64,000 nucleotides of DNA from Polyangiales bacterium (GTDB taxonomy: Bacteria > Myxococcota_A > Polyangia > Polyangiales > Ga0077539), in NCBI GenBank assembly GCA_044229975.1, contig JBGARZ010000019.1, positions 53,205 to 117,204 on the forward strand, in the 5' to 3' direction. The position numbers and the translations under genes were made by a program. Shown here piece after piece: positions 38,963 to 48,539 of this stretch (its first letter is position 1; the number at the start of each line of letters is the position of its first letter). The notes below the pieces were generated by a model. It was given only the letters and a program-made list of their open reading frames with translations. It ran no database searches and was not told where the DNA came from.

Positions 38963-40597
38963 ATGCGCTTCAATCGACACTCCAGCATCCTGGGCCCGGC
39001 GGTCATCGCCGCGCTGATCGCTTCATCGGGCATCGTTGTCGGTTGTGACGACGACGGCGGCGGCGACATCCTGAGCAACCGCGACTCCGGCACCGACGCT
39101 GGCACCACGCCGACCGACGTCGGCACGACGCCCACGGACATGGGCACGACACAGACCGACGTCGGCACGACGCCCGCGGACACGGGCACCACGCCGACCG
39201 ACGTCGGTACCAACCCCACCGACACGGGCACCACGGAGGCGGGCACCACGCCCACCGACTCGGGTACCACGCCCACGGACGTCGGCGCCGACTCTGGCGT
39301 GACGTGTCCCGCGTCGCCCATGGAGGTTCACATCACGGCCGACACCATCACGGCCAACACCACCTGGGATTGTACGCGCACGTACATCCTCGACGGCGCC
39401 ACGCCGACCTTCGTGATGTCGCCCGCGGTGCTCACCATCGGCCCCGGAACCGTCGTCCGCGGCAGCAACCCCTCGTCGGCGATCATCATCACCCGCGGGG
39501 CCCGGCTGGAGGCCAACGGCACCGCCGAGCAGCCCATCGTCTTCACCAGCAACCGCCCCGTCGGCATGCGCCGCGCGGGCGACTGGGGTGGGGTGGTGAT
39601 GCTCGGCAACGCCCGCATCAACGACAGCGCCAACATGACCGGCTCGACCGGCACGAACCAGTTGGAGGGCCTCGACTCCACGGACATGCGTGGTCGTTAC
39701 GGCGGCGGCGCGACGCCTGACGACGCCGCGAGCTGCGGCACGCTGCGGTACGCGCGCATCGAGTTTGCGGGGTACACGCTCTCGGCCAACAACGAGCTCA
39801 ACTCACTCACGCTCTGCGCCTGCGGCTCGGGCACGACCATCGACTATGTGCAGGTGCACCGCGGCGCCGACGACGGCGTGGAGATCTTCGGCGGAACCAC
39901 CAACATCCGCCACATCGTCAGCACGCAGTCCGACGACGACGGCCTCGACTGGGACCAGGGGTGGCGCGGCAAGGGGCAGTTCATCGTGGTGCAGGGCCCC
40001 GCGATGTCGGGTGAGTCCGACCCGAGCGGCATCGAGGCCGACAACGACCGCGACGTCCCGACGTCCATGCCGACCTCCGAGCCGACGCTCTACAACCTCA
40101 CGGTGCTCGGCCCGGGGAACACCGTCTCCATCGCCAACAACCGCGCCGTCGTGCTGCGCCGCGGGACCGCGGGTCGCCTGGTCAACGCCCTCGTCGGCGG
40201 CTTCCCGGTGAGCGGCATCGACGTGCGCGACACGGCGACCTTCACCCTCGCGATGGGCGACACGCCGCGGCTACAGTTCGCCAACTCCCTCATCTGGGCC
40301 AACGGGCCCGATGGGATGCAGAACTTCCTCGACAACACCACGGACACCTTCGACGAGGCCGGGTGGTTCACCGCCGCCGCGCGCAACAATCGCGTGGGCA
40401 CCGACCCGATGCTCCCGGCGCCGTACAACGCCACTGCGCCGGGCCTCGTGCCGCCCGCGGGCTCTGCCGCTGCGACCGGTGCTGCGACGCCCCCGAGCGA
40501 CGGCTTCTTCGATGCGACGGCGACCTTCGTCGGCGCCGTTCCGCCTGGCAGCACGACCAACTGGATGTCCGGTTGGACGGCCTTCCCCGCCAACTGA
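38963..40597 (+). CDS. Lipoprotein with GTTPTDV heptad linker and predicted right-handed beta-helix body (receptor-associated)
   Basis: GAGGAGG about 10 nt before ATG 38963. Lipobox GIVVGC. About 9.5 heptad repeats, then TITANTTWDCTRTYILDG...IVFTS...GDWGGVVMLG...DDGVEIFGGT...DDDGLDWDQGW. Confidence 0.65.
   Translation: MRFNRHSSILGPAVIAALIASSGIVVGCDDDGGGDILSNRDSGTDAGTTPTDVGTTPTDMGTTQTDVGTTPADTGTTPTDVGTNPTDTGTTEAGTTPTDSGTTPTDVGADSGVTCPASPMEVHITADTITANTTWDCTRTYILDGATPTFVMSPAVLTIGPGTVVRGSNPSSAIIITRGARLEANGTAEQPIVFTSNRPVGMRRAGDWGGVVMLGNARINDSANMTGSTGTNQLEGLDSTDMRGRYGGGATPDDAASCGTLRYARIEFAGYTLSANNELNSLTLCACGSGTTIDYVQVHRGADDGVEIFGGTTNIRHIVSTQSDDDGLDWDQGWRGKGQFIVVQGPAMSGESDPSGIEADNDRDVPTSMPTSEPTLYNLTVLGPGNTVSIANNRAVVLRRGTAGRLVNALVGGFPVSGIDVRDTATFTLAMGDTPRLQFANSLIWANGPDGMQNFLDNTTDTFDEAGWFTAAARNNRVGTDPMLPAPYNATAPGLVPPAGSAAATGAATPPSDGFFDATATFVGAVPPGSTTNWMSGWTAFPAN
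39089..39288. repeat. In-frame 21-bp tandem repeat (about 9.5 units) encoding G-T-T-P-T-D-V/M
   Basis: ggcacgacgcccacggacatg-type units read directly. They lie inside CDS 38963..40597. Confidence 0.85.
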
Positions 40598-40607
40598 TCT
40601 CGGGCGG

Positions 40608-41669
40608 TCACCTCCCCGCGAGGTGACGCCACCGCCACACCACGATCCGCATCGCGCCCGCGTGACGGAGGGCAGTGTCGGTCAGGCCGCGTGAGCCCTC
40701 GTGGCGCAGCGTGTCCGAGCCGTCGAGCACTCCGTCACCGTTGGCGTCGGCGACCAGCGCGCCGATGTGATCCCAGGCGCGAGGGAGGCTGTGCCCGGCG
40801 TCTTCGGCGTAGTCGATGGTGACGAGGTCGCCCGGCCGAACGTCGCTCCCCCACCGCAGCGTGACGGCTCCATCGGCGCCGCGAATGGCTCCATCGGTCT
40901 CCACCCGCAGCACCCCGCTCTGCGCCACGGCGTACTCGTGGATGCCCGCCACCGAGGTGTACCGGACGGCGCGCATCCCGGAGGCGCGGAGCCCGCCGAT
41001 GAGCACGTCGGCGCAGTCGGCGCCGGTGTAGCGGTCGGTCTGGTGGGTCGCGTCGGTTCCGCCGTTGGAGCCGAAGACGCTGGTGACGTGGAAGTAGGTC
41101 GAGAGCCAGCCGAGGTAGTCGTCGCCGCTGCGGTAGCTCACGCGCATCACCGTGGGCGACAGGCCCAACGTGTCGACGGCCGATTCGTTGGGTGTACGTA
41201 CGATCTGCCCGCCGGGGAGCGTGACGTCGGCCGCGTACCACGACGATCCGGCGCCGCCGTGCTCGTCGCCAGCATTGCGGACGGTGAGCGTCGGGCCCTC
41301 GGAGGCGACGGCGGCGGTCTCGTACTCCAGATGGTCGTAGCCGATCCAACGGCCGTGGCGCGGGCCGAAGAGGACGGCGTTGGAGAAGCTGGTGAGGCCG
41401 GGGTTGGGCGAGGGGGAGTCGCGGTGCTCGGTGCGCGGGACGACGCGATGCCAGCGGACGGTCGCGCCGGGCGGGAGCGGGGAGAGGCGGCCTCGCGCGG
41501 AGGCCATGACGGTGAGCGTGACGGGGTCGCCGACGCGGGCCTGGACGGGTGCGGTCGACCACGCGGGGCGGGCGGCGGTCTGCGCGACGACGCGCACCGT
41601 GACGGGTTGCGCGGTGGCGACCGCGGGCAGGAGCGAGGCGAGGAGGAGGGGCAGGAGGGTCGCCTTCAC
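40608..41669 (-). CDS. Secreted hypothetical protein, C-terminal NlpC/P60-like (DUF1287/DUF1175-like) Cys-His region suspected
   Basis: In-frame GTG 41669 gives a clean signal (V)KATLLPLLLASLLPAVATAQP. Possible nucleophile context YTGADCADVLIGG and His context PGDLVTIDY...WDHIGALV. Confidence 0.5.
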   Translation of the reverse strand: MKATLLPLLLASLLPAVATAQPVTVRVVAQTAARPAWSTAPVQARVGDPVTLTVMASARGRLSPLPPGATVRWHRVVPRTEHRDSPSPNPGLTSFSNAVLFGPRHGRWIGYDHLEYETAAVASEGPTLTVRNAGDEHGGAGSSWYAADVTLPGGQIVRTPNESAVDTLGLSPTVMRVSYRSGDDYLGWLSTYFHVTSVFGSNGGTDATHQTDRYTGADCADVLIGGLRASGMRAVRYTSVAGIHEYAVAQSGVLRVETDGAIRGADGAVTLRWGSDVRPGDLVTIDYAEDAGHSLPRAWDHIGALVADANGDGVLDGSDTLRHEGSRGLTDTALRHAGAMRIVVWRWRHLAGR

Positions 41670-41754
41670 GGGATGGACACCGTAGAGCAATCACTCACGC
41701 TCGCCCAATGCGTCCCTTCGGGTAAGGTCGTCGACCGCGGGCCTGACCGGGAGC

Positions 41755-43059
41755 TCAGCGCGCCCGCAGCCACGCCAGCAGCGCCGCGCGATCGTCCTCC
41801 GCCAGCTCCGTGCCCCACTCGTGCCCCGGCACCGCGCCCACGCCGTGCACCCCGCGGTACGTCGGGCTCAATCGCTCCCGCGAGAACAACTCCTCCAGCG
41901 TCGCCACCGAGCCGTCGTGCAGGTACGGCCCGGCCTCGCCCACCGCGATCAGTGCCGGTGGCCGGTAGCGACCCGTCCCGCGCCCGTGGCCCGTCGCCAG
42001 CGCCGCGTTGGTGCCCACTCGCGCGGCGGTCACCAGCGGGCCGCCACCCGCCGCGTTGCTGTGACATCCGCGGCATTGTTCATTGAACAACCGCTCTCCC
42101 CGCGAGAGCAACGCGGCGTCTCTCGGGTAACGAGGCGGCGCTTGCAGGGTGTAGAGGTACATCGCGAGCGCCCAGGCGAGCTCGCGCGGTGGGCGCACCC
42201 GCTCGTGGTTGGAGTGCAGGAGCTGCGTCTCCTGGCGTATCGCGAGCGCCGCCGGGCCGACGTGTCGAAGCGTCCCCGCCTGGGTGAGGTACTGCTGGTC
42301 GCGCAGGCCCCACAGGTCGGGGATCGCCACCGGGTCTTCGTCGCGGTCTTCGGTCACGTCGGCGCGCCCGCGACCCCAGGTGCGCATCCGCCGCGCGAGC
42401 TCGGGGTCGACGGATGTCCCGGTGTCGGCGTGGTAGGCGAGGCGCATTCGTCCGTAGTCGAACGATCGCCGCGCGCGGCCCACCACGAGCGCGCCGTCCG
42501 CCACGTCGGTGTGGCAGAGCGCGCAGGTGATGCCGACCCGCGCCTCACCGTCGACGTCGCGAAAGCGAACCGCGCCAGGGTAGGTTCCGTCGGGCGCGCG
42601 GAGGATGCCGACGTCGAGCGCGAGCGGCGGGCGGCCGAGGGCGTGCTCGACGTAGACCTCGGCCCTCAACGGATATCGGAAGAACACCTCGCGCCCCAGC
42701 GACACCCATTGGGACATCGATGAAGGGCGACGGCCGTCCCACAACGGCGCGACGCCTTCGAGGGACGGCGACGGCGCATCGGTGACGGGGACGGAGACCG
42801 GGTTCCAGACGGGGAGGAGGTCCCAGCCGACGGTGACGCGCGCATAGTGGTCGAGGCGCTGGCGGGAGTAGGTGTTGTCGGGGTTGGTCAGCGACGCTTC
42901 GAGGCTGCGCCGACGGTGCGCGGGGTCATCGAGAAAGCGTCGGGCTTCATCGAGCAGCCACGGCTCGCTCCAGCGACCGGGCGCGGACGCGGTGTGGGTT
43001 CGCTCGCGACAACCGAGGAGGCAGAATACGGCCGCGACGATGGGCGACCGTCGGTTCAT
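41755..43059 (-). CDS. Di-haem cytochrome c peroxidase/MauG-family protein (MbnH-like)
   Basis: Lipobox FCLLGC. Two CxxCH haem motifs (ITCALCHTD and EQCRGCHSN). 434 aa. Confidence 0.7.
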   Translation of the reverse strand: MNRRSPIVAAVFCLLGCRERTHTASAPGRWSEPWLLDEARRFLDDPAHRRRSLEASLTNPDNTYSRQRLDHYARVTVGWDLLPVWNPVSVPVTDAPSPSLEGVAPLWDGRRPSSMSQWVSLGREVFFRYPLRAEVYVEHALGRPPLALDVGILRAPDGTYPGAVRFRDVDGEARVGITCALCHTDVADGALVVGRARRSFDYGRMRLAYHADTGTSVDPELARRMRTWGRGRADVTEDRDEDPVAIPDLWGLRDQQYLTQAGTLRHVGPAALAIRQETQLLHSNHERVRPPRELAWALAMYLYTLQAPPRYPRDAALLSRGERLFNEQCRGCHSNAAGGGPLVTAARVGTNAALATGHGRGTGRYRPPALIAVGEAGPYLHDGSVATLEELFSRERLSPTYRGVHGVGAVPGHEWGTELAEDDRAALLAWLRAR

Positions 43060-43063
43060 GCGA

Positions 43064-43699
43064 TCAGGTCACGACCTCGGGCGCGCGCATCAGCTCGCCC
43101 GAACGCAGCACGAGCGTCTGTCCGTTGACCTCGACGGTGACCTCCAGGCGATAGGCGCGGCCGTAGGTGCTCCACGTGTTGCCGCCGCCGATGGCAGCCC
43201 AGTTGGGGGCGGTGAGCTTGTAGCTGCCGCGGGTGTCGCCGTACTCGGTGAGGTTGCCGTCCCAGGTGACGTACTGCGAGCCCGTCCAGCGCTGCGGCTC
43301 GCGCGCGGTGAGCACGTCGAGCTGCGCATCGTTGGTGGCGTCGAGCAGCCGAACGCGGGTGACGACCACCGCGCGCGCGGGCGCCGGGGTGACGGGCGTT
43401 CCGACGGCGGCGAGCGTGAAGTTGATCTGGAGGTTGGTCTGTCGGCAGAAGGGCGTGCCGCACGCCCGGTCTTGCTGGCCGCCCGCGTCGACGGAGAGCT
43501 GCGCGCAGGGGGCGGCGGCGCCCGACGAAGCGGTGGGGCAGTTGTCGGCGAGCGACGCGGCGGCGATGGCGGCGGTGACGGTGACCGCGGGGTTCGTCTG
43601 CGCGTCGGAGGCCGCGTCGGTCTCGGGGACCGTGAGCGCCGTGCCGCCCGAACAGGCCGAGAGGGCGAGAAGAACAAAGGGAAGAACGCGACGCATCAT
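43064..43699 (-). CDS. Four-Cys lipoprotein, possible MbnP-like partner of the di-haem enzyme
   Basis: ATG 43699 (MMRRVLPFVLLALSAC). Mature part has exactly four further Cys in DNCPTASSGAAAPCAQ...DRACGTPFCRQ. Its stop is 4 nt before the di-haem gene start. Confidence 0.5.
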   Translation of the reverse strand: MMRRVLPFVLLALSACSGGTALTVPETDAASDAQTNPAVTVTAAIAAASLADNCPTASSGAAAPCAQLSVDAGGQQDRACGTPFCRQTNLQINFTLAAVGTPVTPAPARAVVVTRVRLLDATNDAQLDVLTAREPQRWTGSQYVTWDGNLTEYGDTRGSYKLTAPNWAAIGGGNTWSTYGRAYRLEVTVEVNGQTLVLRSGELMRAPEVVT

Positions 43700-43817
43700 G
43701 GTGGACCTCGTGGATCGCAAAGGGAGTCTGCCTCTGGTTCTTGAGCGAGAGGCGTGCCATCGCGCAGGGCGAAGAACGCAGGGAATCAGCGTGTGACGGG
43801 TTGTGCCAGGGGTGTGG

Positions 43818-44933
43818 CTACGGCGCGCCCGGACCCACGTCGACGAAGTCCCCGACCCCAGTGCCGATCACACCCGCCCACCGGCTCAGCGGAACGCCGT
43901 CGACGAGGGTGGAGTTCCACCGCAGGAGCCAGGTGTGGTTTTCGGAGGTGATGAAGTAGCTGCGCAGGCTGGTGCCCGCGAGGCGCTGCCGCGTCGCCAG
44001 CAGACCCTGACCGAACTCCTCGGCGGTGATGTCTCCCTGTCGCGCGCAGTCGCCGCCGTGACCCCAGGAGAAGAAGTACCGGGGCGAGGCGTCGCCCATC
44101 GCGCTGATGAGCCCGAGCCGACGCGTGGGGTACTTGCGCGCGAGGAAGTCCGTGAGCCGCGAGAGACCACCACCGTCGGCTTGAGCACGGCACTCGGTGC
44201 AGTCGGCGGGGAGCGTGGCGTCGAGGTTCCAGAGCGTGCGCCAGGTGCGTTGCAGGCACGGGGCGAGCACGTCGTCGCCGAGCGGCGGACCCGAGTCGTT
44301 GAGCAGCGAGACGTCCGTGGTCGGGCCGAACGCCTGCGCGATGCCGTCGTAGTGCCAGGCCGCGCCGAAGCCACCGGCACTCAAGCCGGTGACGAGCACG
44401 CGACCCACACCGCGGAAGGTCGGCAGCAGCCGCCGCAGCGCGACGCGCACGTTGCGGGACCCGACGAACACCCGGCGCGTGCCGCCGATGACGACGCCGT
44501 CGGGGTTGTCGCCCGCGTGGGCGTCGCCGGTGCAGTACCCGATGTACGCGTAGCTCCAGTTGCGGAACGCGTTGTTGGTGTCGCTGCGCGACAGGGGCCC
44601 CACCGCGCTGGCGAGCCGCATCTCCGTGCGGAAGGCGGTCTCGACGAAGCCGTTGGCGTGCAACACGCTCGCGCAGCTCTCCTCGTTGAAGCAGGCGCCA
44701 CCGCCCATCAGGAAGATCACGAGGCCCTCGGCGTTGGGCACGACGTTGACGCCGATGCCCGTCGGCGAGCCGTCGATGCAGCGCATGCCCTCGATGGGAA
44801 CCCACGCCCACTGCCGCGGCTCCGCGACGACGATGGGGCTGTCCGGGCCCACGGTGGCGGGCGGCGCATCGGTCGTGTCGCCGCAACCGACGAGGAGTGC
44901 GGTCAGCCCTGCCACGAATCGACGAGAGTTCAC
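43818..44933 (-). CDS. Pectin-acetylesterase/Notum-like (PAE family) secreted esterase lipoprotein
   Basis: GTG 44933 overlaps the upstream stop (GTGA). Lipobox LTALLVGC. FLMGGGACFNEESC, YIGYCTGDAHAG and serine motif VTGLSAGGFGA. Confidence 0.7.
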   Translation of the reverse strand: MNSRRFVAGLTALLVGCGDTTDAPPATVGPDSPIVVAEPRQWAWVPIEGMRCIDGSPTGIGVNVVPNAEGLVIFLMGGGACFNEESCASVLHANGFVETAFRTEMRLASAVGPLSRSDTNNAFRNWSYAYIGYCTGDAHAGDNPDGVVIGGTRRVFVGSRNVRVALRRLLPTFRGVGRVLVTGLSAGGFGAAWHYDGIAQAFGPTTDVSLLNDSGPPLGDDVLAPCLQRTWRTLWNLDATLPADCTECRAQADGGGLSRLTDFLARKYPTRRLGLISAMGDASPRYFFSWGHGGDCARQGDITAEEFGQGLLATRQRLAGTSLRSYFITSENHTWLLRWNSTLVDGVPLSRWAGVIGTGVGDFVDVGPGAP

Positions 44934-45592
44934 CGCGCACTCCGCACGAGGTCGGTGACCAGCGCGTAGTGGCAGGCGCACGCGACCACCGTCAACGTGT
45001 GAAACACCTCGTGGTAGCCGAACACCGCAGGCACCGGGCTGGGCCGCTTGAGCGCGTAGGTGACGGCGCCGAGGGAGTAGACGATGCCGCCGCCGAGGAG
45101 CAACGCGAGGTGCGCGGGGGAGAGCGCGGCGCGCACGGCGCCGAAGTAGGGGACGACGGTCCAGCCGACGAAGAGGTAGAGCGCGGCGCTGACGGGCTTC
45201 GGGGCGCGCACCCAGAAGATCGACTGCAACACACCGAGCGCGGCGGCGATCCAGACCCAGAAGAGAAGGCGCGACCCGGCGGCGTCGCCGAGGCCGAGGC
45301 GGCAGATGGGCGTGTACGTTCCTGCGATGAGGACGAAGATCGCGGCGTGGTCGAGGCTGCGCATGAACGCGCGGGGCTTCGGCTTCCACGTGGGCCGGTG
45401 ATAGACGGCGCTCACCGTGAACAGCGTGCAGACGCTCAGCGCGTAGATCAGCGCCGCGAAGGCCGCGCGCGATGTGGGCGCCATCCCGACGAGGACGACG
45501 CCCGCGCCGAAGGCCGCAACGGCGCTCCAGTGATGGATCACGCCGCGCAGGGTGGGCTTGACGGGAGGAGCGCTCGCCCCGGTGGTGGTCAT
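44930..45592 (-). CDS. Hemolysin-III/PAQR family membrane protein
   Basis: Seven hydrophobic segments. HHWSAV, SAVYH, LDHAAIFVLIAGTYTP and C-terminal HEVFHTLTV motifs. The alternative ATG 45610 lies 2 nt after the panC stop. Confidence 0.85.
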   Translation of the reverse strand: MTTTGASAPPVKPTLRGVIHHWSAVAAFGAGVVLVGMAPTSRAAFAALIYALSVCTLFTVSAVYHRPTWKPKPRAFMRSLDHAAIFVLIAGTYTPICRLGLGDAAGSRLLFWVWIAAALGVLQSIFWVRAPKPVSAALYLFVGWTVVPYFGAVRAALSPAHLALLLGGGIVYSLGAVTYALKRPSPVPAVFGYHEVFHTLTVVACACHYALVTDLVRSAR

Positions 45593-45612
45593 CGGGGCAG
45601 TCTCCAACATTC

Positions 45613-46512
45613 TCAGTCGAGCGTCGGGTCGTACTCGCCCAGTACGGTGTTGTCGATGAGCCGCGTGGCGCCGATCTTCACGGCCACCGCGAGCACCGCG
45701 CGTTGCCCCGCGGAGAGCGTCGCGGGGGGCGCCGTGAGGTCGTCGGCGTCGCGGAGCTCGACGTAGTCGATGCTGTCGACCGACGTCGTGAGGCCCCGTG
45801 TGACCGTGTCGAGCAGGGCGGCCGTGTCGCGCTCGCCCTTGGCGTAGCGGGCCCGCGCAGCGCGCAACGCGGTGGGGATGGCGACGGCGCGTTGGCGGTC
45901 GGCGGTCGCGAGGTAACGGTTGCGGGAGCTCAGCGCGAGGCCGTCGGGCTCCCGGATGGTGGGGAGCCCTACGATCTCGGCCGGGAGGAAGAGGTCGGTG
46001 GTGAGGCGCGAGATTACCCTGAACTGCTGGTAGTCCTTGCGGCCGAACACTGCGACGCAGGGCCCCGTGAGCGCGAGGAGCTTGGTCACCACGGTGGCGA
46101 CGCCCTCGAAGTGGACGGGCCTGCTCACGCCGCACATCGGACCGGCGAGCTCGGGGACGCGCACCCGGGTCTGATCGCCCGCCGGGTACATCTCCGACGG
46201 TGGAGGGGCGAACACGGCGTCGACCCCGACGGAGGCGCAGCGGGCGACGTCGGCGTCGAGCTCGCGGGGGTAGCGGGAGAAGTCCTCGTTGGGGCCGAAC
46301 TGCGTCGGGTTGACGAAGATGGACACCGCGACGAGGCCGTCGGCTCCGACGCGCCGACGGGCTTCCTCCATCAGCGCGAGATGTCCGCGGTGGAGCGCGC
46401 CCATGGTCGGGACGAGCGCCACCCGGCGACCCTCCGCGCGCGCCTTGTCGCAGGCGTCGCGGAAGGCCGCGGCGGTGGGGATCACCGCGGGCGATTCAGT
46501 GGGTCGGGCCAT
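45613..46512 (-). CDS. panC: Pantoate--beta-alanine ligase
   Basis: [21 protein letters not shown] (HIGH-type motif), [13 protein letters not shown] and GRKDYQQ. Confidence 0.9.
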   Translation of the reverse strand: MARPTESPAVIPTAAAFRDACDKARAEGRRVALVPTMGALHRGHLALMEEARRRVGADGLVAVSIFVNPTQFGPNEDFSRYPRELDADVARCASVGVDAVFAPPPSEMYPAGDQTRVRVPELAGPMCGVSRPVHFEGVATVVTKLLALTGPCVAVFGRKDYQQFRVISRLTTDLFLPAEIVGLPTIREPDGLALSSRNRYLATADRQRAVAIPTALRAARARYAKGERDTAALLDTVTRGLTTSVDSIDYVELRDADDLTAPPATLSAGQRAVLAVAVKIGATRLIDNTVLGEYDPTLD

Positions 46513-47380
46513 ACGACGCCGGCGCGTGGCGGGGGAGGAGGGCGTCGGCGCTGCGGGGCTCGGCGGGCAGACCGAAGCTGTGCTCGGGGCCCGGGAAGAC
46601 GCCGCCGCGCACCTCGTCGATGTACGCCCGCGTCGCCTCGGTGCCGCGCTGAAAGAACTCCTCGAAGCGCTTCACGAACTTCGGTCGCATCGTGTCATTG
46701 AGCCCGAGGAGGTCGTAGCTCACGAGGATCTGCCCGTCGCACCCGACGCCCGCGCCGATGCCGATGGTGGGTACTTCGACCGCGCGCGTGATGCGCTCGG
46801 CGAGCGGCGCGGGGACGCCTTCGACGACCACCGCGTAGGCGCCGGCTTCGCAGACCGCGATGGCGTCTTCGAGGATGGCGTCGGCCGCGTCGTCGTTGCG
46901 CCCCTGCACCTTGAAGCCGCCCATGGCGTGAACGCGCTGCGGCATGAGCCCGACGTGCGCCATCACGGGGATGCCCATGCGAACCATGCGGCGGATGACG
47001 TCGGCGATCTCCTTGCCGCCTTCGAGCTTCACGGACTCCGCGCCGCCTTCCTTCATGAGTCGGCCCGCCGCGATGAGCGCCGCGTCGGGGGACGCCTGGT
47101 AGCTCATGAAGGGCATGTCGCCGATGACGTGGGCGTTGCGCGTCCCGCGGGCGACGGCGCGGCAGTGGTAGATGACCTCGTCGAGGGTCACCGGCAGGGT
47201 GCTGGTGCCCCCTTGGATGACCATGCCGAGCGAGTCGCCGACGAGGATGGCGTCGACGCCCGCGCCGTCGAACATCCGCGCGAAGGTCGCGTCGTAGGCG
47301 GTGACCATCGCGAGCTTGTCGCCACGCCCTGCGGAGGACTTCCGCGCGCGCAGCTCCGGGACCGTGATCTTGGACGGCAT
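46496..47380 (-). CDS. panB: 3-methyl-2-oxobutanoate hydroxymethyltransferase
   Basis: ATG 47380 ([14 protein letters not shown]...). [40 protein letters not shown] and [10 protein letters not shown]. Overlaps the panC start by 17 nt. Confidence 0.9.
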   Translation of the reverse strand: MPSKITVPELRARKSSAGRGDKLAMVTAYDATFARMFDGAGVDAILVGDSLGMVIQGGTSTLPVTLDEVIYHCRAVARGTRNAHVIGDMPFMSYQASPDAALIAAGRLMKEGGAESVKLEGGKEIADVIRRMVRMGIPVMAHVGLMPQRVHAMGGFKVQGRNDDAADAILEDAIAVCEAGAYAVVVEGVPAPLAERITRAVEVPTIGIGAGVGCDGQILVSYDLLGLNDTMRPKFVKRFEEFFQRGTEATRAYIDEVRGGVFPGPEHSFGLPAEPRSADALLPRHAPASYGPTH

Positions 47381-47526
47381 CGGAGAACCAGTGTTTCTGT
47401 CGGTCACGGCCGTCGTGATAACGGTCCGCGCCAACGAGCCGAGATGTAGCACCGCCCTCGGGCGTTGGAAACGGGGGGCGCTCACGCCGGTCGCGTGGTC
47501 TCTGCGCCGCGTATCATCGGCGCCCC

Positions 47527-48504
47527 ATGAGCTCGCTACCCGACCTCGCCCGCGCCGCCATCGCCTTCGAGCAGAACATCCGCTTCCTCGCGCCGACTCC
47601 CACCGTCGCGGCGCTCGGGCCCGACGTCATCGAGTTCGCCCGATCGCGCTACGGCGCGCACCTCGCGGCGCTCGCTCCACACGCCGCTGCGCCGCTGCCC
47701 GAGGCTCGCGTGGAGGTCGTGTCGGGTATCCCGGCGGTGTGGCGACGCATCGGGCTCGCGGTGCCCGGTGATCCGTTGCCCGCGATGGCGACCACGGCGG
47801 ACCCGACGACTCCGACGGCGCCGCCTTCGATGATGAGAACGGACGGTCCGAGCATCGTGATGCCCGACGCGATGCACGCGTGGCAGAAGGCGCGGGACAA
47901 GGCGTGGAGCAGCGCCCCCGAGGCGATGCGCCGCGACCCGAAGACCCACGATCGGCTGTGCGAGCTGGGCACGGCGATGGGCGTGAAGTCGTCGCAGACG
48001 GACCCGTACCACCACCTCGCGGAGGTCGTGCGCGAACCGCTTCGCGTGGCGCGTTGGGAGCATCCGGGGCGCGGCGCGAGCGAGCACGTTCCGGCGGTCA
48101 TCGAGCGGCCGCACGAGGTCGCGTCGCGGATGCTGGAGGCGCACCTCCATTGGGTCACGGCCTTCGGTGATTCGTTGGCCTCGCCGTGGTGGCCTGCCAT
48201 CGAGCTGTGGTCGCTCGGTCTGTGGTCGCTGGTGGCGCCCGACGGGGTGTTGGTGTTGTTCGCGCCCACGGTGCACGAGGGGCGGGTGGTCTTCGATGAG
48301 GCGAACCCGCCGGCGCCGTGGCCGAAGATCGGGTTTCGTACGTCGGGCATGAGGCACGACCGCTGGGAGAGCTTCGACGCGTACGCCAATCTGGTCACCC
48401 ACGCGGGCTTCGGCCCGGTCCCCGGGGAGTTCTCGGTGCTGCATGGCAACCCGCCAGGGCCGTCGTTCGGTGGCGGTCCCGGACCGGGACCGGGGCCGCG
48501 CTGA
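47527..48504 (+). CDS. Hypothetical protein with Gly/Pro-rich C-terminus
   Basis: 325-aa ORF with coding-like composition and no recognisable motif. Ends GGGPGPGPGPR. Confidence 0.5.
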   Translation: MSSLPDLARAAIAFEQNIRFLAPTPTVAALGPDVIEFARSRYGAHLAALAPHAAAPLPEARVEVVSGIPAVWRRIGLAVPGDPLPAMATTADPTTPTAPPSMMRTDGPSIVMPDAMHAWQKARDKAWSSAPEAMRRDPKTHDRLCELGTAMGVKSSQTDPYHHLAEVVREPLRVARWEHPGRGASEHVPAVIERPHEVASRMLEAHLHWVTAFGDSLASPWWPAIELWSLGLWSLVAPDGVLVLFAPTVHEGRVVFDEANPPAPWPKIGFRTSGMRHDRWESFDAYANLVTHAGFGPVPGEFSVLHGNPPGPSFGGGPGPGPGPR

Positions 48505-48539
48505 CGGTCGGTCGCGACGGGCCTCAGGCACTGCGGCGA

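Noticed and set aside
39089-39288. Tandem short repeats here and at 60188..60338, considered as a possible CRISPR or VNTR array.
   Set aside because: The units are contiguous with no spacers and are 15 to 21 bp long. They are in frame within CDSs and encode Thr/Asp/Gly linkers. No cas genes are present.
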